Assembly (NCBI GenBank): GCA_973895155.1
Contig: OZ316895.1
Coordinates: 23,324,558-23,388,557, forward strand
Source: Marsupella aquatica
Lineage: Eukaryota > Plantae > Marchantiophyta
Reading direction: 5' to 3'
Length of the DNA stretch: 64,000 nt
Every line of letters starts with the position of its first letter. Position 1 is the stretch's first letter. Shown piece after piece: positions 37,067 to 51,100 of the stretch. Made by a program: the position numbers and the translations under genes. Below the pieces are notes generated by a model. The model ran no database searches. It was given only the letters and a program-made list of their open reading frames with translations, and was not told the DNA's origin.

Positions 37067-39499
37067 TGTGATGCCTGCCACAAATAGGTCTAGGTTTGTA
37101 TGTCGTAGCACACAAAAGAATCCGCCTCAACGACATCATTGAACATTGTATTTGTCCGGTTAACTCTACTCACGCATTAGTGAGAAATAATTTTGCTATG
37201 TGACAGCCAATGATTTCCCTTCAGGCTTGTTCAGCAATCAGGTCCTGTGACGTGGTGCTTTCCATGCTTCGTTCACTCCGGTTGCTTTCTAAGAAGCGGA
37301 TTTCTTAATGTTTAAAAACACCGGCCACTGAAATTCTTGGCATAAGCAACCTTCAGTTGTTTTCAACAGGGAACGTGAGCACTATGACCGTCAACGCTCA
37401 CAAGAAGTCTTCCATTTTAGAGTAAAAACTGAACCAGGAGGAGCTTTAGCAAACAGAAGATATTTTCATTGTGTAAAGCCATATAGCAAGTTGGGCAGAG
37501 AAGATCCACTTTTTGGCACTGAGCACCGGCCATGCTGTCCGCAGAAGGTACTACTGAAGATGCATGCAGCCCAAGAGGGCTGATGTCCGAACTCTTGCTA
37601 CTAAGAAGCTGCCAGAGCCTGATGGGTTCTTTTCGGATTTCCCACACGTCAAGGCAGCACGATCCAAAACCTTCTTCCACGCAACGAGCCAACCTTGTCA
37701 AACCTATGCTCTCGCTCCTAAGCCCCGTGGATGACATCACACTACCACAGAGGTTGCCAAGTGACGACAGCCTAGCCAGATCTTGTACTTGGCCTGATGT
37801 CTATAGTAGTTACGTAACCACTTTAAGCTAGGATGTTCGAGATGGATGAAGGAAGGGCCGACCTCAGCATGCAGAAGACACATCAGTTGATATGGGTGGA
37901 ATGCGCCAACATACCAAGTTAGGATTAAAAACAGCGGTCCATCAGGGAAAATACAAGACTGCCGGCTTCTTGTTAATGATCTAAGATCAAAGTTGCATTG
38001 GCAGTCTGTCTGGGAAGAGTGGTCGATGATGGTTTGTTCTTCGAAGAGTAAATACCACTCTTAACTGTTAGTGATTTCTCGAGTTACTCTTTTTGCTCAA
38101 CATCTTTGATCAGAACATTGTTACCCTGGAAAATGATAGGAGAAGTCGCTTCATTCAAGTCATGTTTAGAATGTCCATAATAAATGTACTGTTTTTAATG
38201 TCGGTGGTGACAAAGGAAGCTACTAAACCTGCACTAGAAATGTAAACAACAGATTAGACAACAGATTAGAGGCTTCCCAATCCAGATGCTGAACCAACCA
38301 TCTCCTTCTAGTTTAACGCGGAACGTGCAACCCTACCACAGTAATTGCAATGGAGAGCATCACGACGATTGCACTCATCTCGAGTGGCAATGTCAGACCC
38401 CTGACTACGCTTCCGAGCAAATGACTTGGGGCTGATGTAAGGAACGTAAATCACACTACAACTCAACAAGAAAGCCGCTAAAATATATGGAGATCCTTTG
38501 TGAGCATTTCAGTACTTCAGAATGCCCACCTAAAGTCACCACGGGATCCTAAATCCCTTACTGTTTGTCCATATTTACGATGAGCGCGCGCCCCCAATGC
38601 GCCCCACCAAGAATTAGGACAGATAAACTTAGAACTGGTTGGACAAACAAAACACCGTTTACTTCAAACAGATCCACTCACGATAAGGTAGTCTTATTGT
38701 CACTCACAGCACCGCCAACTCCGTCTGCACCTCTTCGGCCCACTAAACCTTGGAAGAACGTCTACACTTATACCCAATGCCCGCTACCTACAATCCAAAC
38801 TTATCAAATGAACTTCTTCGAACAGCACCGGAACCGAATGGCTCAACCCAACTCATCTCACGGACTGCAAGAAACGAGTTATCCTTCGTTGATATCCAAA
38901 TCTTCAACATTCGTACCAGCGAGCTCCGAAACGAAAGGACTCGACCCAACTAATCTGCGAAACAGCAATGAAAGATTTCTCCTCGGTCAAGACCCTAATC
39001 GTGAAGCTCATTAGGATCAGTCAGCTCCAGAGCTGAATGGCTCGATCCCACCAAACTGACGGGCTCCAAAACAAGAGCTTACCCTTGGTTAAATCCCTAA
39101 TCTTCGAAGTTCATTAGAAACCTTCGTCCAATCCCTAATCTTGAAGCTCGTCAAGATCAGTCAGCTCCAGAACTAAATGGCTCGATCGCACTAAACTGAC
39201 GAGAAAAACAAGACATTAACATTGATCAAATCCCTAATCTTCGCAACTGGGATCGGTTAATCAGCTCAAATCCGGAGCTGAATGACTCGTCAAACAAAAC
39301 CATGAGGAGTACAATCATTGACTCGGTAAACAGCATCCTGATTGACATTGGGTGAGAGTGGCTCGATCTCACTAAAACTATCAACCCCAAAAAGGACAGG
39401 AAGACAAGATTTTACCCATTCTGAAACCCCTAGTCTTCGCAATCCGGTAGCGATCAGCTCACATATGGCTCGTCCAGCAGTCTACGGGGAGCATTCAAG

Positions 39500-39945
39500 C
39501 TCGATGGGTTGCTCGTTGTTGCATCCTGACTGAAAAACAGTACACGGGGAGTACAATAGCAGAGCTCAATCTCCATGGATTGCTCGATGTTGCATCCTGA
39601 TTGAAAACAGTACACGGGGAGTACAATATCAGAACTCAATCTCGATGGATTTGCTCCATGTTGCATCCTGATTGAAATTGGGTGAACTCAATCTCGATGC
39701 ATTGCTCGATGTTGCATCATGGTTGAAATTGGGTGAACTCAATCTCGATGCATTGCTCGATGTTGCATCATGGTTGAATTTGGGTGAACTCAATCTCGAT
39801 GCATTGCTCGATGTTGCATCATGGTTGAAATTGGGTGAACTCAATCTCGATGCATTGCTCGATGTTGCATCCTGATTGAAATTGGGTGAACTCAGTCTCG
39901 ATGCATTGCTCGATGTTGCATCCTGATTGAAATTGGGTGAGTACC
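39500..39945. repeat. Minisatellite: two ~68-bp units followed by ~5.5 copies of a 51-bp unit
   Basis: ttgaaattgggtgaactcaatctcgatgcattgctcgatgttgcatc(a/c)tg(g/a) at 39672, 39723, 39774, 39825, 39876 and partially 39927. Related degenerate units extend back to ~38800. Confidence 0.9.
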
Positions 39946-41354
39946 TCGAAAGGCTCCAAAGATTCACCGGCGGACGACCGAAGTAGGGCCGCCCGGACTC
40001 CGGCGGAAAGGTGTGTTCATAGGCATGGGGTGTCAGCACGATGGGCCGGTCTCTTTAAGATCATAGGCTCATCGCCTCTACCCTCGTAAGCCCAGGCAAA
40101 CAGAGCATTTAGCCAAGCTCCTTTTTATACCCTGGCCTCGGGGAGTGGCTGGCCGCCTGTTCTGTGCTTATGGTTTTATCTAGAGAGAGAGCGATCTGAG
40201 GTTCAGCCCAAGGCTAGAGTCCATCGAGGTCAGCGAGACCAGTCATTCTAGCTTTTGGGTACTGTATTTGGGAGGGTTTAGGGCTTGGCCGAGGGACAGA
40301 GACGAGACCAAGAGAGGCACTGCAGAATCAATAGGGCATGTCAAAAGAGGGCCGTTAGTGAGATATAGCCAAAGACAATAAAGTGTTTTTATGACTGGGG
40401 ACAAAACTTTATGGGCTATCTATATACAAGGCCTGTAAACCCTAAACCCTAAACTTTATGGCCATGCTCTACTAGGGGGTCTCAAAGCTTCATCGTTACT
40501 GATTACTTCTGGCCATAAACATTGACTTATGGTCATGGCATATGAATGATAAAAGTCCTGCAAATGTTATGGATCATGAATTTGGTACTAAAACTTAAGG
40601 AGAATCAAATTTTGAGGTTTGAGACCCCCCAGTGTATATATCACACTCATTAGAATAAATGTTCCAAACCCCAAACACCATTCCAAAGGCCAAAGACCCA
40701 TTAAAAGGGAGAAAACAAGGGGGAAACCTAGGAAGACCAAAGAGCTGAAAAGACCCAGACAACTAATCTTGCCAAACTAGAGACACAATCACAAAGGTAA
40801 GACCCAATGGGGTGTCTCAAACCTGCTTTTCCCCCATTTTTTCTGGTCAGCCTCTGTGGGACATTTCCATTTGTGTTCCTGACCAAAACCCAACCTTCCT
40901 CAGACCCAGGGGGTTCTGAGTATGAGATGAATCATAACTCAACATCATTAAATTTTCCGATTGTTCATTTTTTTGAAGGGCACCACTGTGTTTTGCGTGG
41001 ACTGGTGCAGACGCCAGTGCATTGACCACCCAAGTTTTTTTACCCGGCCTATGGTATTGCAGTCACATAAAACCTCTGCAAAACAGAACATTTGAGACCC
41101 CTAATGAAGAAAACAGACTAAAAACCCCCAAAAAGCTAAGAGCGCCTGCATACCAGTCTCATAGAACCTCCCACAACAGAACACTTGAGACCCCTAATAA
41201 ACAAAACAAACCAAAGAACCCAAAAAAGCCAGAGTCCCCTACAGAGGCACAGTTTCAAGACCCTACTCCAGGGATCCCCAACGAGATTACGTTGGCCCAT
41301 GTAACTACAAAATTAAACTGGTGAGACATTCTCTTACCAGCAGGTGGAAGTCGC

Positions 41355-41629
41355 CATGTCTACAATGCAAGAGCTCACTTAAATGAGACCTTCCTTGTCC
41401 GTGAATGGAGATCTTGGATTGCTTTCTATTCCATGACAGACAATTCTTTTCATCTACTTCTTCCGGTCACAAGTAGGAAGACCTCTGAAAACATGTCTAC
41501 AATGCAAGAGCTCACTTAAATGAGACCTTCCGTCTCGGTGAATGGAGCTCTTGGATTGCTCTCTATTCCATGACAGAGAACTCTTTTCATCTACTTCTTC
41601 CAGTCACAAGTAGGAAGACCTCTGAAAAC
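41355..41629. repeat. 137-bp tandem duplication
   Basis: catgtctacaatgcaagagctcacttaaatgagaccttcc...caagtaggaagacctctgaaaac starts at 41355 and again at 41492. Confidence 0.88.
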
Positions 41630-42628
41630 CGACGGGAGCTCGAAATACAAGCCATCGAACTCCATTCCAATTGGAGCATCACAATACGACTTTTAGTTTC
41701 CTTCAAAACAAGCCACTCATGGTCATACTAGCTTTGTGGGTTCTAATTAGTTGCACGCCAGGGCCATGCTGTGATGCGACTCTTTTCTCAGATAATAAAG
41801 TATTTCATGAAATTGCAGGATCGCACTTTACAGTGCCCAATCGGGTAAGCGGTACAAACTTCATTCTTGTACTTCGAGAAATTCCTCTTGAACGATCTCT
41901 GTTTGGAGTCTCGGGATCGATATTTGATGTGCATCCGCCAGCCGAAATCTCCTTTGTTACTATGCCACTCTTCTGGTTCAGAGCCTCACCTTTTCTGGGG
42001 AAGTGGCGGTATGTCTTTACCTCAAATCGAACTTTTCAAGACGAAACACCACTAAATACAGCAAACCCATGAGCACAAATAAATATTTTCGATCATAAGA
42101 GACCCTAAGTCTTAACAACCGGGCTGCTAGACAAAATGCGCTGGTAACAAACAAAACAGAACATCTGTGATGTACGATCGATATTGTGGAGCAAATGGCA
42201 GAACACATGTGATGTAACAACTGCCACAATCTTGTGGACAATATAAGTAAACGCGTCCGGCCTGGACTTGATCAAAAGAAAACTCTTCTGGCCTTTTGGT
42301 GAGCAACCTCTAATCCTTTCTTCAAGCCACTTTCAAGGTAGAGCTTGAACGATTCATGGCATGGTTCCCGGAGGGAAGTGAACTAAAAGGAATGGCAGTT
42401 GATGGTTGTGCGTGGAGGAAGTGCCAGTTCTCGTTTGCTAGAACTCATGAACGAATGAGACCCCGCTTGGAGATACGAATTGGCCAGGGACTAATAAACG
42501 TCAAAAGATTTCCAAAGGGTACATCAGGACCCAAGCACGTGGACCGAATGATCTGTCGTATGCGATCCTGGGAAGACCAATTATCATATATCATGCACAG
42601 GAGCCCAGCCATCCTACCTTTCTTCCAT

Positions 42629-45600
42629 TTACAAGTAACCCAGATCCTTCACATGTTTGGTCATTTCGTCCCTCAATGTCGCCACTCCAATCTTATCCCT
42701 TCTTCTCTGAGGATTTCTCCTTTTGACAGCCTTCGCAAGTTCCACTACATGAGGATCCTTCTCGCCAAGCAAAAACTGCTCTACATTACTTTCCATCTGT
42801 AGAAGTCCCTTTTCTATCCTTTGTACACCCCGATGAAGAGCCTTAGAGTGAACACTGATCAATTTCCCACATGCCTTGAGAACTCTGAAGTAATCTTCGT
42901 GAACAGGTATCAACTCTTTACCAGAATCGTGAAAACTGTACCTTACGTACTCATCCCAACCTACATCAAATGCTAGGGGTGGGAGACAGGAGAATCCGGC
43001 TTTCTTCATGTTAGCTATAACATTCGAAGTCTTCCGCCTTTCGATAGACTCTTCATCTAATGCTGGTGCTGGTGGTAGCTCATGATTTTGTGCATGCAAA
43101 ACTTTTTCTTTGCCTTTCTGCTCTTTTCTCTGCTTGCTGGCCTCCACTCTGCTACGCCAATCGGTCCTTGAACTCCCAGCAGACGGAGTATCCGTTTGTA
43201 GACTTCCTCCCCTGTCCAAATTCCCAGGAGTTCCTCCCTTTGGTATTGGTTTTCTACCAGTACCTTCGCCAGGAGTTGCTTCTTCATCTAAATTAACCAC
43301 AGGCTCCTTCTCTACCTGCTCAGGAAATTCATTAGGTGACACCATTGAAAAGTAGACGGACTACGCTTCTCTTGACAAAGGACTGTCGAAATATTGCAGA
43401 TATAGTTTACTTTACACAATATCCTTGCCACTTCTCAAATTAAATACATCAGATGAAAAACTTGGCCAAATTTACAATTCATACGGAAGAGGAGAGACAG
43501 ACCTTCGTCACTGTCTTCTCATATATTCCCCAAAAGCGCTCCACGACAGGCTCCATTCCAGCCTCACATTCATTGCCGGCAAATACCACGTTTTGGCAGT
43601 ATTTCAAATACCTCGACAGCTCCTCATCAAAGTCTGCTAAGCATGATCATAGAAGCACAGAATGAGCGACAAGGACCTCCAATTTCATAACCAGATCACT
43701 GGAGAGATTACTGGAGGCCGCAAATGACCCAAGTCAGAAATCAAGCAAAACCGCCTTCCCGTGCGTGGGTACTCCTCCAGAGTCATTTCTGCGAGTTCAT
43801 TCATAACCAGGACAGCTGAGGAAACAATGCAACCTAACGGATGAACGTCGGAGGTTTGCTTTAATTTTGTAGGATGGTAACGTGAATAATATGTACCCAG
43901 AGACATTGACAGTCGAATTGACATCCAGATCATGTCATGAGGGAGATAAGAGGTACGAACCAGTACTCCAGAGCAATACCTCCTCAGAAAATAGAGATCT
44001 TACAAAGCATGGTAGAAAGGTCAACAAAACTCACCCACAGTACTCGTCGTCTTTCTAGACTCTAGTTTTTCCAGCAGCTCTTTTGTATCGCCGAGCTCCT
44101 TCTGTCGCTCTCGAGATCCCGCACTTTCATTCAGAATCCTCAGCCCACTTACGTCACCAGAGACCCGCACATCCTCACCACCATCCTGACCTTCTCTATC
44201 TTGTCCGCTCGTCGTTCGTGGTCGCTTCCTCTCTCCCAAGACTTTGCCCTCACGAGCAGAAAATTGGTCGTCCCCTGAAGTAGTCACACCAGTTTGACTT
44301 CCATGAATCTTATTCTTTGGATTAGATGATTGTTCCTCATCGATGGAAGCGACTGAGCAGGCCTGTCGTTTTGCCCTGGCCCTGGTGAGGATCGCAGAAG
44401 GGACTTCGAAACGACTGTTGATATCGTTCTCATTGTTTGTCGGTGATTGCCCCTTTCTCCTACGTGCGTTGGTCTCCTCCTGCTGTTGGAGAGGGCGACC
44501 GTCTAGATTGTACAGGACCTTTAGCGTTATGACCAACATTGCCATGACGTACGCTCTGGTGGGAAGAACTGCTCTTCGTGGAGAGAGAAACAGCCCTGAC
44601 GGAGCATACCACTCATAAAGTCGGCAAGCATAAGGTAACAGCTTCTCGACCGGGAGCCCCAAATCTCGCAAAAATAGAGCACATATTGCATGGAAATTGA
44701 CTGGAGGTAGTTGAATGTCGACTCTCTCTGCTACAAACGCAGCTAGAAGCTCCAGAGATCGCGCTCCAGGCACCCTCACAGGTTGAAACATGAGCCTTGG
44801 TTTCATCGGGAAAATCTGCAGCAATGTGTGATGGGAAACTTGTCAAATGAGGTTGATAAGAAACAGAGAAGTTGACATATATAATGGTGAACTAGAAAGC
44901 AACGACGACGTATCTACATGAGATACGTGATGTAGATGACGCCTCGTTGCCTAGTGTAAAATTTGCGAGGGTTAAGGTAAGATGACATGCCTGTTTTTCC
45001 CCAACAGTATTGGGTATGTGATGGGGAGCTGACTTTGAAATCTCCACAAAAGCAGCCAAATAAGGCAACTGTCCACTAATAGCCCAGCTTTTGATGTCCG
45101 TGGGAAGAATTGGCTCCCTTGCAATATAGCAAGAGAGGTAGCTGACAGCAAGCGTCATTGACAAAGGGATTCTTTCTTTCAGTGCACGGAGCCAGACAAA
45201 GGAAAGGTGTCGCCCAAATGATGTTCGTGGCCCTTGTCGATCCTTGCGTTTTTCTTGCTTTCTCACTCGCTTCCTTTTCTGCTTGCCTCCAGCACCATCT
45301 CCATTACTAGGTGCTGCATTACTAGGTGCTTCATTAATAGGTGCTGCATTACTAGGTGCTTCATTAATAGGTGCTTCAGCTGCAGAAGCAATTAGAGACG
45401 ACAGTCAATTTTGAACTGGGCTATAAGAGCACTCAAAAGCGAAAAGGGGGACCACTAAGAACCACAAATTCACTAGCCCCTTTTTTACTATCTAAGGTGA
45501 TTACATTCACTATATCAGTCTAGAAACTTCATGCTCTGTTTCAAAGCTTCTCTCATACTTAATTGAGGCAATTCAACGGAGTCTGGCACCGAGTCCTCTG

Positions 45601-46614
45601 AACACATGTTCACTTGTATCAAAGCTTTCATCGAAAACAAGATACAGAAAAAAAATCCTCAATGCTGGGGTGCGATCGTTATTATCAGGTGTCCTCATAC
45701 CTACCCGTTCAGCAGCTTAAAAAGTACGACACACGCAATTCCCTCGTCACTTAAGACTACTTACACAAAACTTCACTGTACAGAACTTGAGTGCCGAACC
45801 GAGAGCACTAAGCTAACGTAACAGTAACGACAATGGGGAGAAAGGGACTGTACTCATTGTCAACTGGCGACGGCCCTTCTCCCGTGAGACAAAGAGTTGC
45901 TGAAGGTGAAGTGGACATGTTCTAATTACACAAAGGCGGAGAGACTGTTGGACCTGGTGAAACCCGTGTTTGATTTCCTCTCCGAGTCTTCTCTCCATGC
46001 TCTGCAATCATGACAGCCTCCTCTGCCCACGCTTTCTCTAACACCCGCGTGGATGCCACAAACCTCAACCAGATTGGCCCCGCAATGCCGCAGATCAGCG
46101 GAGTCGCCTTAAATTCCTTCACCAAACACTCTAATTGCAATTGCAAAATCTTCTGAACGCCATTTAAGTAACTCTTCCTTATTGTGCTGGCAAGCTCATC
46201 CTTAGACATCCTCGAGGTTGGATCCACTTCCTGACCAAACTGACTGCCCCCGGGCTGAGATAAATCCTCGGTTTTCACACTGAAAGGAGCACTTCCATTG
46301 AATACCTCTGGCGTCAACTCAATGGGATCTTGACGGTCATGAAGGCTGCCAAACAAGCCTGCAAGACCGTCCAGACCATCAACGGGCTCATCTAAAGCAT
46401 TTCCAGACGGCTGTGACTGAGGTTGCTGTCGTTGCTCCGCATTTCTCAAAGTACCCCTCTCCCTGACGAAGGTCGTATTGAATATGTGAGCATCATCCGC
46501 ATCGAAAGCCTCTTCGATGTACTGGTTGGACTGAGCACCACAGTTTCGACAGTACAGACTGGAATCTCCGAGCACCATGTCTGCCATTCCGCAAACCTCA
46601 CAAAACCTGTTCAT
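42629..46614 (-). CDS. TAF1B: TATA-binding protein-associated factor, RNA polymerase I subunit B (TAF1B/RRN7/MEE12-like), ~882 aa
   Basis: Exons 46614-45954, 45379-44991, 44815-44035, 43633-43503, 43315-42629; phases consistent, 2649 nt. N-terminal Zn ribbon CEVC...YCRNCG; IRKSYLNGVQKILQLQLECLV..F.ATPLICGIAGPIWLRFVA; YLSCYIAREPILPTDIKSWAISGQLPYLAAF; LPPVNFHAI; LPTRAYVMAMLVI; YLKYCQNVVFAG. Confidence 0.85.
45303..45377 (-). repeat. Coding 15-bp minisatellite in TAF1B exon 2 (EAPIN/EAPSN/AAPIN/EAPSN/AAPSN)
   Basis: Five tandem g(a/c)agcaccta(t/g)taat units in frame. Confidence 0.85.
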
Positions 46615-48151
46615 TTTTGCAACTTGTTCCTACTCCTTCGAGACAGTGACCCAACTACTGCGCAATACTTCCCCTCTTGCGTCCATCCGTCAGGAGCTCC
46701 TTCGGCAGTATGGGAGAAACCCTCTAATGCTCTCGCTTACCTGCATTGCCCTCGTCGGCTCGTTCGCCTTTTTCTGTTTCTGTTGCACGCAGCAATGGAG
46801 TTGGCCAGGTGGGTGCCCGAGATATGTTGACGGGGACCACCCCTTTCTAAAGAGGATTTCACGTAGGGACCTGCCTGCCGTTGCCCAGCCCTCCCCAGCC
46901 GCCACTCCCTACCGTCATGCGTTTATAACTCTCCGTCCTAGCACCTCGTCCTGCGCTCACTTTGCCGTGCTCGTCGATTCTCCGTGGCGAGCCATAAACC
47001 CTGCTCTGTTTACACTGGACTGAGCTGATGAGCAGAGTAGAGCAGAGTAGACAGCAGCAGTCCGTTCCATTCCCAACTACGACTCGACTGGATTGATCAA
47101 AAGCTTGTGTAACGACATTTTTTCCTTAGGAACTGGAAGAATAATTTTAGATGAGGCAGATAGACATTTGAATATTTGATTGACAATGCTCAGGTCAGAG
47201 AAATTAAGACTTTGCGCCGTCGACAATCAATCGAAGCGGGCCCACCCTTATCATTGACGTATTTGTTCCTGTTGTGCTTCAGTTTTTCAACTCTCAGGAA
47301 AGTTTAAACTGGCAGCAGCATCGTCATCCCCGGCAGGATATCGGCCGTGCCCAGAATTGAAACCCCCTAGTGCAGAGCCCTTCACGGAATCAGTACGCCC
47401 ACCATTGCCACAGGACTCCGGTTCGAGGTACAGAGATGGAACAGCGAAGCACCAGACGTCGACCACTGTGCATGTATCACGAATCCAGCAGATTCAGCAG
47501 AGACATCCAGCACCGAGTAGAGGAGCGGCCAGCCATCTACCTCGTTCATAGACTACAGAGCACCAATCACGGAATACAGGTGCAGGCGGAAGTGCAGTAC
47601 ATTTGGGGCTCTAGGCTGACGTTTTGTGTCGAGATTCATCGTCAAGTTCCACTCAAGGCCATCTTTGGCAGCAACTCAACGAAGCCTAATTTTTCAAGTC
47701 AGGTCTGTGTCTCATCAAAGGCTGAGACCTCACCAATTGTGGCTTATTCGAAGGTTAATTTTGCTCGTCACTAGCCAGAGCACTTCAGTGTATCCGAAAT
47801 CCTCTAATACCTAGGGTAGAGAGGCTGAGAGCTGCAAGGATTTTTTATTGCTTCAGTGTTTTTCAGGAAGAACGATAGACAAAGCACCTTTAACAGATAC
47901 GAAGGGGAAATGTTACAGCATTTTCAGGACGTCTTTTGGGGCACGTGAACCTGGAGCTCCTTGCCAGTCTTGAGCGTGCTCAGCCACAGTCTATTGATCT
48001 GCAGTACTGTTTTATGAACCTCTTGGATCCATACTTCAAACACCATTGTAAAATTCGAGGAAATTCCTCATTTATCAACCTATAATACCGTGCCCAAAAA
48101 CGAAAGCCTTGCAAAGCCAAACACTCCAACTCTGAGTAGAACCAGTTTGAA

Positions 48152-51100
48152 CTAATGGGAAAATTTCCCTTTACTTTGAGAAAGTAAACTCTTTTCCACA
48201 TCTTGTTGGTCTCCAATATGGGACCCAATCTCTAGCTCCTTAACTCTACTAGGATCTGTCTGGGCTATCACTTCATTGGCTAAGGGCAAAATACTAACCT
48301 TGTTCTCTTTTCTGTCCGTATTAGAAAATCGATTGTACTCTAAATGGAGGAGAAGAGAGTTTGCCATTACGCCTATAGAACTGATGCCCATGAGTGCCCC
48401 TGCTAAAGAGGGTGTAAGCATTGTGTTTGTTATTGGCAGGAGAGCTCCGGCTGCCACGGGCAGACCAACCTGAACACAAGAACATACACAAGGTTGTTAC
48501 CCATTGAAACTAATTCAGTTTCTTCTGATAAAATTAACTTCTATAGAAGTCCACCTTGAAACCTACCATATGCCAAGCCATGAGTTCCTTATCATCAGAA
48601 CAAAACGAACATATGTGCAGGGACTTACTATGTTGTACAGAAACGCCCACCACAGGTTCTGCTTGATCTTTCGGAATGTCACTCTACTTAATTCCAAGGC
48701 ATCCACCACCTGCAGCAAAATATCGCCCCTCAATCTCAAGAGAACACATAGAGGAGAGTCCTCTGTGAAAATGATCACCTTATCTTAAAAAAAAAAACGC
48801 TACCAAGCTTACACAAAGATCTCACGCAGCTATCAAGACATGTGAAACATCCTGCACTTTTTCGACAATTAAAAATTCAACGCAACAAAGGCACTGTCAC
48901 ATGTAATTGGCACAAGTCACAATTGCTTGTGAATAATCACCTGTGTCAATTTGTCGCCCATGAGGACGATTGATGCAACTTCACTGGCTGCTCCAACTCC
49001 ACCAACAAGGGCGATTCCAACATCAGCTTGGGCCAGGGCAGCCGCATCATTTACTCCATCGCCGACCATGGCGACACATCTATTCTCCTTTTGCAATTGC
49101 TTGATATATTCGGACTTACCCTGAGGTTTTACCCCACCTTGCACCTGTAAAGGCACCAAAGTCACATCATTTTAAGAGTTTACTGCGATGTTAGATCAGC
49201 CTGAAACCTCTTTTGAACGGGGCTACTTTCAAAAGTTGTCGTTGGAGGAACCACAAGAAAGAGAGATGAATACCTTGTCCAGAGAAATGCCAACTTTGGC
49301 AGCAACAGTTTCTGCAGCCCATTGCTTGTCACCAGAGAGCATCGATGTCTTGATACCCATCCTGTGCAAAGCACTAATAGTTGCAGCAGCTTCTTGTCGT
49401 ACATCATCCACCATAGACACTGTTCCAGCGACTTCTCCATCAATGCCAATATAAATGACAGTTTCTCCTCTAGTGGTGACTTCCATGTCAGTGAACAAGC
49501 TTTCGGCCATTCGATATCTAGACAGACGAAAGTCACATTCAGGTAGGCCTAACATTGTCTCCTGTTAATCGAACTCTTTGAACAATTTTGCCAAATCCTC
49601 TCCAGATAGCACAAGGCCCTAATTACTTCAAGCAACATTTTCATAGATAGTGGGCGATGCCTCTCTGAATAGAATTATATCCCACTGTACATCTGTGATA
49701 ATTCATCAAAAAGTTCAACTTGAACTTCTTGCCCATACCTTTGCACCCATTCCAACGAACCTACAGCAACTCGTTTACCCTCGACAACTGCCATTGCTCC
49801 AGAACCCGGCTCCTGCTCAAATGAACCGTCCTTTACCTGGACAAAACAATCTCAGTGAACTTAACATCTTGGTGGCTGAGGAGATTGAAATAAGGCTCTC
49901 AAAGAATTTGACTGTTTGCTGCAAACGGTTTGTAAACACATGCATTCCTGCAACAGCAATTGAATGCACAAGAGTAGCTGACTTTATGACCTTCTAACAA
50001 TAAATGAATTGGTGATCTTTATAAGTCCGCTTACTTCAAAATACCGACATCCTGCAGCAGATGCAGCATTTACCAAAGCCTTTGCAATAGGATGAGAAGT
50101 ACTCCTCTCAACAGCTGCTGCTAGAGCTAGTAGCTCCTTTTCACTCCATTTGGAAATTCCTAACTCCCTACAATCCAGAACAAGGAAATGAGATGCGCAT
50201 CACCAGCATCTTCCTTCATCTCCCTTCAGAGAAACTAGTAACAAATTACAAGACGCTGAGGATTTTCCAACTCCTTAATGTGTACCTACCTCTGAAAATT
50301 CTATGCCTTAAGCAATCTAATATTAATGGACAAAGTTTATGATACGAAACTGTAATATGTCAAAGTCTGGCACTTATTATCAACGAAAAGAAGTCAATAG
50401 CGAACATTGGTGTTTCGGTCCGTCTTTTGGAACGCGAATATCATGCACATTAAGATTTCACGTCATAAGCATGTGCAAGGAATCTTACCCGGCCGTCGAG
50501 CCATCTTGAACTTTGCTGGGTACTACCTTTGTCACGACAGGTCGACCCACTGTGAGTGTTCCAGTCTTGTCAAAAACAACGGATTCTATGAGAGAAACTT
50601 TCTCCAGTATGTCACCGCCTCGTATCAGCAAACCAGTCCTTGCGCCTAGAGAGGTGCCAACCTGAGGTTCAGGATTAAAACACACGGGAATGAATCCCAC
50701 AACGTTAATGAATAACCTTTCCATTCATGGAGTGCCGAGGCTGCATGATCAGCATCATGAATAAAAGCAATAGCAACTCAATCAAAGCAACAACTTATAG
50801 TGCCAAGGGTGAAACAATACCAAAACAGCAGTTGGAGTGGCCAGTCCAAGGGCACAAGGGCAGGCAATCACCTGTCAGGAGAACATTGGGACATTACTAA
50901 TCATTTCGTAGGTGAACAGCCAATCAGCAAGTGAAAGAAGTTCTTACAACAGCACGACAAATGACCCTGGCTGCTCCTCGTACTCATTCAAGACAAAGCT
51001 GCAAGAATAGTTCAAGGACGCAGTTCCCATCTTTTTGCAACCAATACATGCCATATGGGAGGCACACAAAAATCAATCCATACCAAAACATTGCAGGCCA

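Noticed and set aside
35400-38220. Coding-like composition; fragments faintly recall a decayed LRR/ROC-COR (TORNADO1-like) gene
   Set aside because: No diagnostic motif could be recovered with confidence by eye; a frameshift-aware HMM search is needed.
40437-40453. Telomere-like aaaccctaaaccctaaa
   Set aside because: Only ~2.5 units; such telo-boxes are common and not informative.
47357-47814. ORFs between the PAA1 3' end and the TAF1B promoter
   Set aside because: No recognisable domains or splice structure; probably UTR or intergenic sequence.
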